A stretch of 64,000 bases of DNA. Source: Candidatus Zixiibacteriota bacterium. GTDB taxonomy: Bacteria; RBG-13-66-14; B26-G2; WVWN01. The translations under genes and the position numbers were made by a program. Shown here piece by piece: positions 36,770 through 47,391 of the stretch (its first letter is position 1; each line of letters opens with the position of its first letter). Location of the stretch: positions 132,084-196,083 of the forward strand of contig WVWN01000062.1 in NCBI GenBank assembly GCA_011773985.1, read 5' to 3'. The notes below the pieces were generated by a model, which saw only the letters and a list, made by a program, of their open reading frames with translations, made no database searches and was not told where the DNA came from.

Positions 36770-38233
36770 TCACCTATCCCGCTTCTTTTTTCGCGCAACG
36801 CGGTACAACTTCATATAACTCCTCGCCGACCGCTCCCAGGAAAAATTCAGCGACATCCCTCGCCGCATGATACCGCGCCAACGCCGCGTGGCGCCATAAG
36901 CGGCGATCGCCCGTTTCAACGCCCCCACCATCGCCCGGGCGGTATAGCGTTCGAACGTGAAGCCGACGCCTCCTCGTTTATCCTCGTCGGCATCTATCAC
37001 CGTATCCGCCAGGCCGCCCGTGGCCCTCACGACCGGTACCGTGCCGTACGACATCGCTATCATCTGCCCCAAGCCGCAGGGCTCGTACCGCGACGGCATT
37101 AATAGCATGTCCGCGCCGGCGTATATCCGGTGAGCCAGGGCGTCGTCGAAAAGCAGGTGCGCCGAGAATTTTCTGGGGTGCCGCTTTGCGACCTCTTCGA
37201 ATAGGCGGTGGTACTTCCTTTCGCCGGTCCCGAGCAAAACGTAGCGACACGGTAACTGCAATACGCTGTCTATACCGTCCACGAGGATGTCGAACCCCTT
37301 TTGGTCGACGAGGTGGGAGATGATACCCACGAGTGCCCTCTTCGCTTCGTGTTGGAAGCCGTTTTCCTGCTCGAGCGCGTATTTACATAACGCCTTGCCT
37401 TTCAGGTTGTCGACGTTAAAATTCGCCCGCAAGAACGGGTCCTTCTTCGGGTTCCATATCGAATAATCGATGCCGTTGAGCACGCCGAAAAGGTCTTCCC
37501 GCCGCTCGCGTAAAACGCCGTCCATGACGAAGCCCAACTCCGGCGTTTGAATCTCCTCGGCGTACCGCTCGCTCACGGTACTCACCAAGTCCGCGTGCAG
37601 GATCCCGGCTTTAAGGAACGAGAACTGTCCGCGGAATTCCATATCGTTGACCTTGAAGCGGTCCCAGGCCAGGTTCGTAATGGGAAAATACTTCTTATCG
37701 AAGTTACCCTGGTTGCCGGTATTGTGGACCGTGAATACGGTCCCCGTACGGGCGAAGTCCTTCGCGTAGTGGTCCTTTACGTATACCGGGATTAACCCCG
37801 TTTGCCAATCGTGGACGTGCAGACACGCCGGTTGCATTTTTTCCCTTATAATGAGCTCGAGCGCGCCCCGGCACAACAACGTGAACCGTTCCGCGTTGTC
37901 GGGATAACCTATCCCCCTCTCCTGATAAAGGCCGTCGCGGTAAAAGTACGGGTCGTAACCTATAAAGTACGCCGGGATGTCCGTGTCCGGCACGGACGTC
38001 TTGTAAATGGTTGTCGTAATGCTCGAGGCGCCGACGGGGACTTCCAGCCGGCCTACCTTCTTCTCGCCGAAACACCCCCGCGTCACCTCCTTGTAATAAG
38101 GCATTATCAACGTCGGCTTTGCCCCTACTTTGGCGAGCGCCTTGGGGAGCGAGCCGGCGACGTCCGCCAAGCCGCCGACTTTAGCGAACGGGACCGCTTC
38201 CGAAACGACGAGTACGACTTTCAACTTCGCCAT
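36770..38233 (-). CDS. glgA: Glycogen synthase (ADP-glucose type)
   Basis: N-terminal KVGGLADVAGSLPKALAKVG and the GT5 C-terminal domain. Confidence 0.9.
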   Translation of the reverse strand: MAKLKVVLVVSEAVPFAKVGGLADVAGSLPKALAKVGAKPTLIMPYYKEVTRGCFGEKKVGRLEVPVGASSITTTIYKTSVPDTDIPAYFIGYDPYFYRDGLYQERGIGYPDNAERFTLLCRGALELIIREKMQPACLHVHDWQTGLIPVYVKDHYAKDFARTGTVFTVHNTGNQGNFDKKYFPITNLAWDRFKVNDMEFRGQFSFLKAGILHADLVSTVSERYAEEIQTPELGFVMDGVLRERREDLFGVLNGIDYSIWNPKKDPFLRANFNVDNLKGKALCKYALEQENGFQHEAKRALVGIISHLVDQKGFDILVDGIDSVLQLPCRYVLLGTGERKYHRLFEEVAKRHPRKFSAHLLFDDALAHRIYAGADMLLMPSRYEPCGLGQMIAMSYGTVPVVRATGGLADTVIDADEDKRGGVGFTFERYTARAMVGALKRAIAAYGATRRWRGIMRRGMSLNFSWERSARSYMKLYRVARKKKRDR

Positions 38234-38371
38234 CGTTGACCCCGGCGTTATCGACCTTGACTTCCTTCCGCGCCGACGTGCGCGTTCTCGAGCCGGATAA
38301 AATCCTGCCGCCTTTTCGCCCGTTCCGCGGCCATAAGAATCCGGCGCCCCACGAAGGGCCCCCTCCGCAGC

Positions 38372-38887
38372 TCAGGCATCTTTACTTTTGCCCGCCTTCG
38401 GAGACGCGGGCGACGCGGCATCGCCCGCCTCTTCTTCCGCCCCCATCAGTTTGTGGAGCTCGTCCATAAATTCGCCGACGTCGCGGAACGAGCGGTAGAC
38501 GGAGGCGAACCTTATATAGGCCACTTCGTCCAGCTCTTTGAGGGCCGCCATAACCCGCTCGCCGATGGCGCGGCTCGGAATTTCTCCCTCGTACGTCGCG
38601 CCGAGGTCCCGCTCTATTTTCGTTACGAGCCCGACGATGTCCCCGTGCGATACGGGCCGTTTTTCGCACGCCGTCATAATACCCTTGATAATTTTTTCCC
38701 GACTGAAAGGTTCCCGCGTCCCGTCTTTCTTTACGACGAGCATCGGGACCTCTTCTCTTCGCTCGTACGTCGTAAAGCGGCGGCCGCAGGACCGACATTC
38801 GCGGCGCCGCCGGATCACGTGGCCGTCGTCCGCCGTCCGCGAGTCCACTACCCTATCCTCAACTCTTCCGCAGTAAGGGCACCTCAT
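38372..38887 (-). CDS. nrdR: Transcriptional repressor NrdR
   Basis: Zinc ribbon MRCPYCG...[13 protein letters not shown] followed by an ATP-cone domain. Confidence 0.9.
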   Translation of the reverse strand: MRCPYCGRVEDRVVDSRTADDGHVIRRRRECRSCGRRFTTYERREEVPMLVVKKDGTREPFSREKIIKGIMTACEKRPVSHGDIVGLVTKIERDLGATYEGEIPSRAIGERVMAALKELDEVAYIRFASVYRSFRDVGEFMDELHKLMGAEEEAGDAASPASPKAGKSKDA

Positions 38888-39390
38888 TTTCGACCCTCGC
38901 CCGGTTTCCGGCCCGTCCCCTCCTCGGGTTTTTGTTTCCGTCTTCCCTCCAGCCCCTTCATCTCTTTCTCGAGGATGTCGGCTTCGATTTTATGGCTCGA
39001 GAACGAGTCCAGCCCGGGCGTCGCGGTGAACCCCTGGCCGCGGATGATGCTGCGGCCGCGCTCCAGCGTGCAGTAGGCGTCGGAATAAATGCGGCTCGCG
39101 TCCGCGTCCCAGTTAAGCTCCTCCGTTTTCAAAATCGCGCCGTCTTTGCGCGATACCAGAACGACGTCGCCCCGCGCCTGCATGCTGCGACGGAGCAGGT
39201 CGATAGAGCCCTCGCGCGCCGTCAGCGTCGAGCTGTGGACGCCGTCCTCGTAAAAATCCACGTGTACCGCGAATACCTTAGCCTCGTGGGCGTAGTCGTA
39301 TATGTCCGCCCGGTCGGCCTTAAGGCGCCAGGATAAGTTCTCGCCGTCGGTCTCCGTGAGGGTGAAATTGTCGATGACCTGCGTGGGCAA
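38884..39390 (-). CDS. lptC: LptC-like LPS export protein
   Basis: Beta-jellyroll pattern [13 protein letters not shown]...VFAVHVDFY...[22 protein letters not shown]. It sits directly downstream of kdsD, matching the E. coli order. The frame stays open upstream and encodes a lipoprotein-like signal (ILTYGCVLAAWAAWGC) with no canonical start. Confidence 0.55.
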   Translation of the reverse strand: MPTQVIDNFTLTETDGENLSWRLKADRADIYDYAHEAKVFAVHVDFYEDGVHSSTLTAREGSIDLLRRSMQARGDVVLVSRKDGAILKTEELNWDADASRIYSDAYCTLERGRSIIRGQGFTATPGLDSFSSHKIEADILEKEMKGLEGRRKQKPEEGTGRKPGEGRK

Positions 39391-39495
39391 GTTCTTGGGA
39401 GGCGGGGGAAGCTCTTCCTCGTCACCCCGGCATCCCCAGGCCGCCCACGCGGCGAGAACACACCCGTAGGTTAAAATCCTTCTCGTAAGGCCACC

Positions 39496-40488
39496 TCAAT
39501 CGAAATCGAACGTCGCGGCACCCCGGCCCAGGATATCGTGAATGTGGATAATCGCTATCGGCCTCCGCTCTTCGTCGAGAGCGAACAGCGCCGTAATCTG
39601 GTACGTCTCCATGGCGTGAAGCGCGCTCGTGCCCGGGGCGTCGAGCTCGACGGTCTTCGGCTCGCGCGTCATCACCTCCGCGGCCGTATGTTTATCGGTA
39701 GCCATCCCCCGTTCGTACGCCCGCCGGACGTCGCCATCCGTTATGACGCCCACCAGGCGGCCCTCGTCGCCCGTAACCGCGGTGATGCCGAATTTTTTCG
39801 CGCTCATTTCCGCTATCGCCTCGGCGAAGGTGGCCGTCGTCGGCACCCGCGGTACCTCGTCGCCCCTATGGCCCAACTCCGATACCTTCGCGAGGAGGCG
39901 GCGCCCCAGCGCCCCACCCGGGTGGACCGCGACGAAATCCTCCTCCCGAAAGTTGCGTCGGCGCATCGCGCACACCGCGAGCGCGTCGCCCATCACGAGC
40001 GCCGCGGTCGTACTCGCGGTCGGCACGAGCCCCAGCGGGCAAGCCTCCCGGTCCACGGACGTATTAATCACGTAATCGGCCTCGCGCGCGAGCGACGATG
40101 CCGGGTTCCCGGTCATCGCCGCGAGCGTAATCCCCAATTTTTTGAGCGCCGGCACGAGGCACAATATCTCCGGCGTCTCGCCGCTGTAGGAGACGGCTAT
40201 CACGACGTCCCCCGGGCGGACCATACCCAGGTCGCCATGCATCCCCTCCGCGGGATGTAGAAAGAACGAAGCGGTCCCCGTCGACGAAAGCGTGGCCGCT
40301 ATCTTCTGGGCAATTATACCCGACTTCCCTATCCCCAACAGGATCGCGCGTCCCTCGGAGGAGAGGATGGCGTTCACGACGCCGCGGAAGCCGTCGTCGA
40401 TATGGTCGCCGAGCGCGCGTACCGCCTCGGCCTCGATAGCGATAACGCGCTGAGCGTCCTTTCTAACGTCGTCCCGCATCTCAGTCAC
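39496..40488 (-). CDS. kdsD: Arabinose-5-phosphate isomerase KdsD (SIS plus tandem CBS)
   Basis: SIS domain GIGKSGIIAQKIAATL and a C-terminal CBS pair. Confidence 0.85.
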   Translation of the reverse strand: MTEMRDDVRKDAQRVIAIEAEAVRALGDHIDDGFRGVVNAILSSEGRAILLGIGKSGIIAQKIAATLSSTGTASFFLHPAEGMHGDLGMVRPGDVVIAVSYSGETPEILCLVPALKKLGITLAAMTGNPASSLAREADYVINTSVDREACPLGLVPTASTTAALVMGDALAVCAMRRRNFREEDFVAVHPGGALGRRLLAKVSELGHRGDEVPRVPTTATFAEAIAEMSAKKFGITAVTGDEGRLVGVITDGDVRRAYERGMATDKHTAAEVMTREPKTVELDAPGTSALHAMETYQITALFALDEERRPIAIIHIHDILGRGAATFDFD

Positions 40489-41377
40489 CCCGCCGTCCCG
40501 TCACAAAGCCGTGGATTTCCAAGCACTGCGTTAACAGCTCGCGGAGCCGGTCCATAGGGAGCATGCTCGCCGCGTCACACAGCGCCCGTTCCGGCTCGGG
40601 GTGAAACTCGAGGAATAAGCCGTCGACGCCGGCGCCGCAAGCGGCGCGCGCCAGCGGGAAGATGAAATCGCGCAGGCCGCCCGCCGGGTCCTCGCTCATC
40701 GCTCCCGGTATGCGCACGACGTGCGTAACGTCGAAAAACACCGGGTAACCGAAGCCCCGGAGCGCGACGAGCGAGCGCGGGTCGAAAACTATATCGCCGT
40801 ACCCGAACGCCGTTCCCCGTTCCGTAATGAGGATGTGGCGGTTGCCCGTAGACTCGATTTTCTTTAGCGGTATCGCTACTTGCTCCGGTTTAAAGAACTG
40901 CGCCTTTTTGACGTTTATCGGCTTCCCCTGCGCGGCGAGGGCGAGCGTGAGCTGAGTTTGCTTAGAGAGGTACGCGGGTAGTTGGAGGCAGTCGAGGACT
41001 TCGCCCGCGGCGGCGGCCTCGGCCGGCGTATGAACGTCCGACAGCACGGGAACGCCTACCTCCTCGCGTACGCGCGCGAGAACGGCGAGCCCTTTTTCAA
41101 GGCCCGGGCCTTGGTACGTTTCGTGGCTCGAGCGGTTGTCCTTGAGGTACGAGGATTTGTAAATATAAGGAATCCCCAGTTCGCGGCATATTCCCGCGGC
41201 GTGCCGCGCGGTCTCGAGCGCGAGTTCCTCGGTCTCGACGACGCACGGCCCTCCGATGAGCGCGAACGCGCCTCCCCCCACCGTTACGTCACCTATTTTT
41301 ACGGTCTTGGCTCGCATAGACTTAAAACGCCGTCCCTCTATAACGCCGCGCCGACGGCGGCGAGTTTCTCCCTCCAC
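40481..41377 (-). CDS. kdsA: 3-deoxy-8-phosphooctulonate (KDO-8-P) synthase
   Basis: GPCVVE motif, KSSYLKDNRSS and the DAHP-synthase-I family fold. Confidence 0.9.
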   Translation of the reverse strand: MEGETRRRRRGVIEGRRFKSMRAKTVKIGDVTVGGGAFALIGGPCVVETEELALETARHAAGICRELGIPYIYKSSYLKDNRSSHETYQGPGLEKGLAVLARVREEVGVPVLSDVHTPAEAAAAGEVLDCLQLPAYLSKQTQLTLALAAQGKPINVKKAQFFKPEQVAIPLKKIESTGNRHILITERGTAFGYGDIVFDPRSLVALRGFGYPVFFDVTHVVRIPGAMSEDPAGGLRDFIFPLARAACGAGVDGLFLEFHPEPERALCDAASMLPMDRLRELLTQCLEIHGFVTGRRGD

Positions 41378-42798
41378 GTGTGCAGCGCGCCGTCCGCGTA
41401 AAAGCGGTCCACCAGGTACTCGAAGGCTTTGGGCTCGCCGAGCGGCTCGCCGAATTCGCCTTCCATGTGCCGGTGGACCGCGCGTTGGATGACGCGGGCC
41501 AGCGCGTAGTTTTTACTGTACATGGGATAAAGCAACGGGAAATACTGCTCCGACCACCTCCCGGCGTCGTCGTAACGGAAGCCGAGGAAGCGTTCCGCGT
41601 AGGAGTCCAACGCCGCCGCCAGGTCACCCTCGGCGTCGACGTACGCGTCGACCTCGAAGCTCTGGATTGCTATGAACCGACGAACGCGCGCCGCGAAAGC
41701 TTTCTCCGAGGCATCCGTTACGCGCGCTATCTCCCCCTCGTTCATCTTCGTAAAGGCACGCAGCCACTCCCGCCTGTCCACGAGTAGCGCCCACGTATCG
41801 GCCATCGCCTCGGCGAAGAAGCCGGCGTCTCCCGTTTTGAGTGCGAAGTTCTTGCTGGTTGTGAACTTGCGGTGAACCGCGTGGCCGAACTCGTGATAGA
41901 GGACGCGCAGGTCCGACATCCCGTCTTTCAGGTTGAGGAGGATGCGGATATCGTCCGGGATGCGGATCGCGAAGCATAGGCCGCCGAAAGGGATGTCGGC
42001 GTCGTCCCGGATTTGTATGTCCATCGACGCGACGTCGCGGCCGAGGTTTTTGACAACTTCGGCCAAAGACGGCAAGGCGGCCTCTTTCGGAAAATACTTG
42101 TCGTCCGCGGAGCACAGTTGTTCGACGACGTAGTTCAAGTCCCACGGCTCGAGCCGCCCCAGCTTGAACCTTTCGATGCCCTCCGCCACCAACTCCCGGT
42201 ATTTCCCTCCCGTCTCCCGCTCATACTTTTCGAATATACTTTTAAGTTCGGCGACCGTTAGGTCTTCGGGGGCCAAAGCGAGCGTCGGATAGTCGTCGTA
42301 GCCGAGGGCCCGTGCCGCCTCGTTCCTCAGGCGGTAAAGGCGCCGCCCGCGCGCCGCCAACTCCTCCCGGAGCTTGCCCTCGGCGTCGAAAGCCCGGCGC
42401 CTTCTGTCCCGGTCCCTCTCCTTGAGAAGGATTTCTTTTTTAACGTGCCGCGGGATTTCCTCGCCGTCTAACGTCGGTTTGGTCTCTATTACTATCTTTT
42501 GGATTTCGTTCTTGAGGTCGATTATCTCGTCCGTTTCCGCGCGGGCCTGCGTCACCCAGTCCGAGATTATCTTGGCCCGCCTTTTCGGGACGAGGCCGTA
42601 ATCGCCCGACAAAATGGCCTCGCACGTCGCCGCGACCTCGGGCGCGAGCAACGCGTCGCGGCGCCTTTTCTCGTGCGCCGCGACGTCCACGTCCGCGTGC
42701 CGGTAGTAAAGGTCGAAGACGTCTTCGCCTTCGGCGGCGCTTAGTTCCTCGAGGTTGTCCTCGATATCACCGAGTTTCTCTACGGCTTCGACCGCCAC
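41338..42798 (-). CDS. Zinc metallopeptidase with a HEFGH motif (M3 oligoendopeptidase-like, or possibly M32)
   Basis: LYHEFGHAVH with a downstream Glu (FFAEAMADTW). The 486-aa size fits the M3B/M32 families. Family not resolved by eye. Confidence 0.5.
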   Translation of the reverse strand: MAVEAVEKLGDIEDNLEELSAAEGEDVFDLYYRHADVDVAAHEKRRRDALLAPEVAATCEAILSGDYGLVPKRRAKIISDWVTQARAETDEIIDLKNEIQKIVIETKPTLDGEEIPRHVKKEILLKERDRDRRRRAFDAEGKLREELAARGRRLYRLRNEAARALGYDDYPTLALAPEDLTVAELKSIFEKYERETGGKYRELVAEGIERFKLGRLEPWDLNYVVEQLCSADDKYFPKEAALPSLAEVVKNLGRDVASMDIQIRDDADIPFGGLCFAIRIPDDIRILLNLKDGMSDLRVLYHEFGHAVHRKFTTSKNFALKTGDAGFFAEAMADTWALLVDRREWLRAFTKMNEGEIARVTDASEKAFAARVRRFIAIQSFEVDAYVDAEGDLAAALDSYAERFLGFRYDDAGRWSEQYFPLLYPMYSKNYALARVIQRAVHRHMEGEFGEPLGEPKAFEYLVDRFYADGALHTWREKLAAVGAAL

Positions 42799-43325
42799 GA
42801 ATCGCTTCCTCTACTTTCCTCGCGGAACGGCGAGCGCGCGCAAATATTCCGGACGAGACAATCGGCGCAGCACAGTTTGCGGTGTACGAGGAAATACAAC
42901 GCCGTGGCCCCCAAGAAAGCCACGGCGAAAATCGCCGTCGACCGGGAAAAGCGAAATACCAAAAGGTAAGCGAAACCTAAAGCCGGCACGCCCGCGTACC
43001 AATAGCGCCAGAACATCCGCGCCACCTTCGCCCCCCGTACGTCGTAACCCGGCCCGGGCCTGTATAATAAAACCGACAACTTCCCTAAGCCGCTCGGACA
43101 TACTTTACCGTAATACTCACAATTGCTACATACGAGCTTGGGCTGGATTACTATATACCAAAAGAAACATACCGCCAGATAAGCACTCGCGAAAAACCCG
43201 CGTGCCAAGTCGAAAGTCCCCCAAAAAGCTATCAAAGGAGGCAGCGCCGTAACGGCAGTTACGAGGACGACCGTCTTTGCGGAAAAACGCTCACGACCAA
43301 GTATATAAAGGCTCCGGCCTTCCAC
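42780..43325 (-). CDS. Cys-rich integral membrane protein
   Basis: Four TM helices with CSNCEYYGKVCPSG and CCADCLVRNIC motifs in the loops. Unknown family. Confidence 0.45.
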   Translation of the reverse strand: MEGRSLYILGRERFSAKTVVLVTAVTALPPLIAFWGTFDLARGFFASAYLAVCFFWYIVIQPKLVCSNCEYYGKVCPSGLGKLSVLLYRPGPGYDVRGAKVARMFWRYWYAGVPALGFAYLLVFRFSRSTAIFAVAFLGATALYFLVHRKLCCADCLVRNICARSPFREESRGSDSWRSKP

Positions 43326-43528
43326 TAAGCTTCAGCGTTCGCTAAGTACCTCGGCGTAAAGTTCGGAGAGGTTTTCTATTTTAAAAATTCATTATAACAT
43401 AAAAACCACATCTATTCGCGCCTTAAAGCTCCTTCGCTGCACTTAAATCTTTAATATTCAACCGGTTACGAGCCTAAAGGCCGTCCTCGCCTTACTACTC
43501 GGGACGCCGCTCGACGGTGACGACTCGG

Positions 43529-45490
43529 TTATTTCGAGCCGGAATTACTTTTTGACGGCTCGCTCCGGTAGACGACCACGCGGTCGACGAACAGGTTGCG
43601 GTCGGCCCCGGTTGCCGGGTCGTAGTAGTCGTTACGGAAGGTTAGCCTTAAGTCGTGGAAGCCCGCGGCCAGCTCGCAAGCACACTCGTAAAAGCGCGGG
43701 AACGGCGCGTCGACCGCCGTTCCGCCGCGTCGCACGCCGTCCACCGCGACCTCCATCCGGGGCCACACGCCCAAGGCCGGCTTGCCGCTCGCCTGTATGC
43801 ACAATACGTAGCGGCCTTTTTCGGGTACGTCGAACCTCACCGTGACGGACGCGCCGGACGTCGCGAGTACGCCGCGGCCCGCGCCCCGCCCCGAACCATC
43901 CACCTCGCATACGCGCACGTCCTGGATACTTTTTCCGTATCCTCGGTAGCGGTATAGCACCCTTTCCCCTCCCGGGAACCGCAACGCCGTGACCGGCTCC
44001 GCGCGCCTAAGCATCCTGAAGAAAACGGCCTTGAGGTCGTCCGCGCGGTCGAAATTGTGCAAATCGGGCTCGTGCCATTCGAAGTCCGTGAAAAACACGT
44101 TGCCGCCGTTCCCGGCGTATTCCGGGAAGCCGAGTTCCGCGGCGGCCTCCAGTGTCGACGGCGCGTCGGCGGCCGGTTTGCAGAACGGCGCCGGCAGCGC
44201 GCGCGTATGTCGGCCCAGGTAATCGGTCCAGGCGTTGACGTCCAAATGAGACATAAATATGGTATCGCCGGGTCGCGTGGCGGATACGATGGTTCGCGCC
44301 GCGGCCTCCGCCTCGTTCTTGCTTGGGACCGTAGACGGGTAAACCAAACGGAAGAAGTTCAACGCGGCTACGCACGACGTAATAATCACGGCCGTCGCGT
44401 AGAAAACTTTACCGGAGGGTAAGGCCAAGCCGAAAAGTAGCCATATGGGCATCAGCGTCGCGATCCACCACTCCGCGTTCTCCGGTTCCCACCAGGAAAA
44501 GAAAACGTGAAAGCATAAGAACCAAAGCACCGCCGCGACCAGCCACCGCCGCTTGTTCCGCCATAACCGCCCGGCGCCCGCGGCAACCGTACCCAGCACG
44601 GCCGCGAGTACGACGACGGCCGGCGCATAATTTTTCGCGAATTCTTTTACCGGAACGGCCTTCCACAAGTCGAAGGGGCTGGGCCCGGCCACGACCGCGC
44701 TCAGCGTCGTTAGGAAGGCTTTGGCAAACCTCTCCCCGGCGAAGCGGCCCCAATCGCCCCAAGAGGAGTAATAAGTCGCCCAGCGGATCAACTCCGAATA
44801 TCCCCGCACGCCGTAATAAAAATACGGCACCAGGACGTACGGCACTACGACTAACGGCGCGTATATGGCCGAAAACGCCAATATCTTCGTCCATCGCCGC
44901 TCCCCTCCCCAACCTATTACGACCAGCGCGAAGGGGACGAACAGCAGCACGACCTGGTGGAAGAGCGTCCCGACGCCGAGCCAAAACGCCAAGCCGATGA
45001 GCTTTTTGTACCCAAGTTCGGGCGCCGTCAACCAATACAGGGCGCCCGCGACGAATAACGATATTAACGCCAACACTTCGGCCTCGCCCGCGAAGTACCA
45101 CCAGGCGGCGGAAAGCGAGGCCGCGGCCGCGGTGAGAAGCGCCCCGCCGAACGTCGCCCCCAAGCGCCTTAGGGCCAAGTAAAAAAAAGCCGCGGCCGCG
45201 GAAGCCGAGGCCGCCGAGAATGCCGCCAACAGCGTGAACGCGTTGCCCGCGTGGCCAAACGCGCCGGCCCCTTTCAATACGAGCCAGCCGAGCGGCGTAT
45301 AAAGTAAATGGTGCCAGTGAAAGAAGGGATAGGCGTCTTTAACTTCGACCGCGAGGGCGTACAAGACCGCGTCTATGGGGTGGTTTCGTGAGCGGAGGAG
45401 AAAATAAAAAAGCGCCAAAGCCGCCGCGCACGCCACCGTAAGCCTTCGCTCGCGCCGCGTCAGCGGTACGTATTTTCCTTCGACCGCCAT
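43529..45490 (-). CDS. Large polytopic membrane protein, GT-C-like, with a C-terminal CBM-like beta-sandwich domain
   Basis: About 11 TM helices in the N-terminal 400 aa. The C-terminal roughly 150 aa (VTVRFDVPEKGRYVLCIQASG...VDGVRRG...HDLRLTFRNDYYD...NLFVDRVVV) resembles CBM6/35-type modules. Confidence 0.5.
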   Translation of the reverse strand: MAVEGKYVPLTRRERRLTVACAAALALFYFLLRSRNHPIDAVLYALAVEVKDAYPFFHWHHLLYTPLGWLVLKGAGAFGHAGNAFTLLAAFSAASASAAAAFFYLALRRLGATFGGALLTAAAASLSAAWWYFAGEAEVLALISLFVAGALYWLTAPELGYKKLIGLAFWLGVGTLFHQVVLLFVPFALVVIGWGGERRWTKILAFSAIYAPLVVVPYVLVPYFYYGVRGYSELIRWATYYSSWGDWGRFAGERFAKAFLTTLSAVVAGPSPFDLWKAVPVKEFAKNYAPAVVVLAAVLGTVAAGAGRLWRNKRRWLVAAVLWFLCFHVFFSWWEPENAEWWIATLMPIWLLFGLALPSGKVFYATAVIITSCVAALNFFRLVYPSTVPSKNEAEAAARTIVSATRPGDTIFMSHLDVNAWTDYLGRHTRALPAPFCKPAADAPSTLEAAAELGFPEYAGNGGNVFFTDFEWHEPDLHNFDRADDLKAVFFRMLRRAEPVTALRFPGGERVLYRYRGYGKSIQDVRVCEVDGSGRGAGRGVLATSGASVTVRFDVPEKGRYVLCIQASGKPALGVWPRMEVAVDGVRRGGTAVDAPFPRFYECACELAAGFHDLRLTFRNDYYDPATGADRNLFVDRVVVYRSEPSKSNSGSK

Positions 45491-45514
45491 CGCCGCCTTC
45501 CGCCATCGGTCACC

Positions 45515-46207
45515 TTAGCCGTAAGCCAGGTCGCGCGCGCGGCACAAATCGTCGTATATTTGCTGTTTATACCCGGGGAACCGCAACGCCGCGGCCGTGT
45601 GGTAGGTTGGTATGACTACTATGTCGCCGATATTGTGTTGCGAGTTGCGGAGACGGGCCATAGACTCCTTGGTATTCAATATCCCCTGGGCGGCGTAAAG
45701 CCCCAAGCAAACGATAATCTTAGGTTTAATGATCGCGATCTGCCTGTCGAGATAGGGGCGACAGGCCGCGAGCTCTTCCGGCAGCGGGTCCCGGTTCTCG
45801 GGCGGCCTGCACTTCAAAAGATTGCCGATATAGACTTCGGAACGCCGAAGGCCTACTTGCTCGAGCAAGCGATTCAACAATTGGCCCGCCCGGCCGACGA
45901 AAGGTAAACCCTGGCGGTCTTCTTCCGCGCCGGGCGCTTCCCCCAGAAAAAGTATTTCCGCGTATTCGTCGCCGTCGCCGTAAACGGCGTGCGTGCGCTG
46001 AAGGCCGAGGCCACACTTGCGGCACCTCTCCACCACCTCCGCCTCCCGCTTTAACACCATTTCGCGCGATAGCTCTTTCCCGCGGTTACGTTTCCCCGCG
46101 CGATAATCGTCCAATATCCCGTCCGCTTCCGACTCCGTAGCAACCTCCGTAACGCCGAGCGCCCGCAAGTTCTCCGCGACCGCCCGCGCTAGCCGCCTTC
46201 GGTTCAC
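45515..46207 (-). CDS. Uracil-DNA glycosylase, family 4
   Basis: CRKCGL Fe-S Cys motif, GEAPG motif and HPS-like C-terminal region typical of UDG family 4. Confidence 0.8.
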   Translation of the reverse strand: MNRRRLARAVAENLRALGVTEVATESEADGILDDYRAGKRNRGKELSREMVLKREAEVVERCRKCGLGLQRTHAVYGDGDEYAEILFLGEAPGAEEDRQGLPFVGRAGQLLNRLLEQVGLRRSEVYIGNLLKCRPPENRDPLPEELAACRPYLDRQIAIIKPKIIVCLGLYAAQGILNTKESMARLRNSQHNIGDIVVIPTYHTAAALRFPGYKQQIYDDLCRARDLAYG

Positions 46208-47391
46208 CTAACGCCACCCCACCAACGCTCGAGTTCGTCGATAACCCTTTCCGCCAGCGCGGCCTTGGATATCTTCCCCAATTCCTCGACGCCCTCGCCC
46301 GTCACGATTACCGCCTCGGCGTCGGCCCGGCCGAAACCAACGTCAGCCCGTCCCACCACGTTTCCGACGATTATATCTGCCCCTTTTTTCAATAATTTAT
46401 CTTTAGCGTTTTCAACTAAATTATCAGTTTCTGCCGCAAACCCTACGACAAGCTTATCTCGTTTTATTTTAGTGATTTCGGAAAGTATATCTACCGTAGG
46501 TACTAACGTCGTGCTTATTTTCCCCTTGGTTTTTTTGATTTTATGGGCGCGTTGCTCGTCGAAGCGGTAGTCGGAGACGGCCGCAGCCATAACCAGCGCG
46601 TCGGCCTTTTCGAACGCCTCCGCGGTCGCCTCGAACATCTCCGCGGCCGTATCTACGCGCCTAAGCCGGACCGCGTGCCCTAAAGCGGTCGGGTGGCCCG
46701 GGGCGGCGGAAATTAATATCACGTCGGCGCGGCGGCGGGCCGCTCGCCTCGCGACCTCGAAGCCCATAAGGCCGCTCGAGGGGTTGGTGAGGATGCGGAC
46801 GGCGTCAAACGGTTCGCGCGTGGGGCCGGCGGTTACGACGACGGTCCTCCCCGTAAGGCCCGGGCCGGGGTAAGCCAGACGGAGTACGTCCTCCGCGATA
46901 ACGTGAACGTCCGCCAGCCTGCCGTACCCGACGTCGCCGCACGCCGTGGTCCCCTCCTCGGGCGGAACGACGACGTATCCGAGCTCGCGCAGCGTCGAGA
47001 CGTTCCGTTGCACCTCGGCCTTGTCCCACATTTTCGGATTCATCGCGGGCGCGACGAGGCGGCCGCATTCGACGGCGAGCGCGACGGTGGTCAACGCGTC
47101 GTCGGCGATGCCGGCGGCGAGCTTCGCGAGGACGTTGGCCGTGGCCGGGGCTACCGCGAACGCGTCCGCGCCTCGAGCCGTTTCCAGGTGCGCGAACGCG
47201 CTCTCGCGAGCGAAGAGGTCCGTTATCGTCGGCCTGCCCGTAACGGCGTCGAAAAGGCGAGGGTCGACGAGCTTGGTCGCGTTCGGCGTCATCACCGACG
47301 TTACGTCGGCGCCCTCGGCGATCAGCAGGCGCGCGAGCTCGGCCGCCTTATAGGCCGCGACGCTCGCGGAAACGCCCAATATTATTTTCAT
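46204..47391 (-). CDS. coaBC: Bifunctional phosphopantothenoylcysteine decarboxylase / phosphopantothenate-cysteine ligase
   Basis: N-terminal flavoprotein domain MKIILGVSASVAAYKA and the C-terminal CoaB ligase domain. Confidence 0.9.
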   Translation of the reverse strand: MKIILGVSASVAAYKAAELARLLIAEGADVTSVMTPNATKLVDPRLFDAVTGRPTITDLFARESAFAHLETARGADAFAVAPATANVLAKLAAGIADDALTTVALAVECGRLVAPAMNPKMWDKAEVQRNVSTLRELGYVVVPPEEGTTACGDVGYGRLADVHVIAEDVLRLAYPGPGLTGRTVVVTAGPTREPFDAVRILTNPSSGLMGFEVARRAARRRADVILISAAPGHPTALGHAVRLRRVDTAAEMFEATAEAFEKADALVMAAAVSDYRFDEQRAHKIKKTKGKISTTLVPTVDILSEITKIKRDKLVVGFAAETDNLVENAKDKLLKKGADIIVGNVVGRADVGFGRADAEAVIVTGEGVEELGKISKAALAERVIDELERWWGGVR

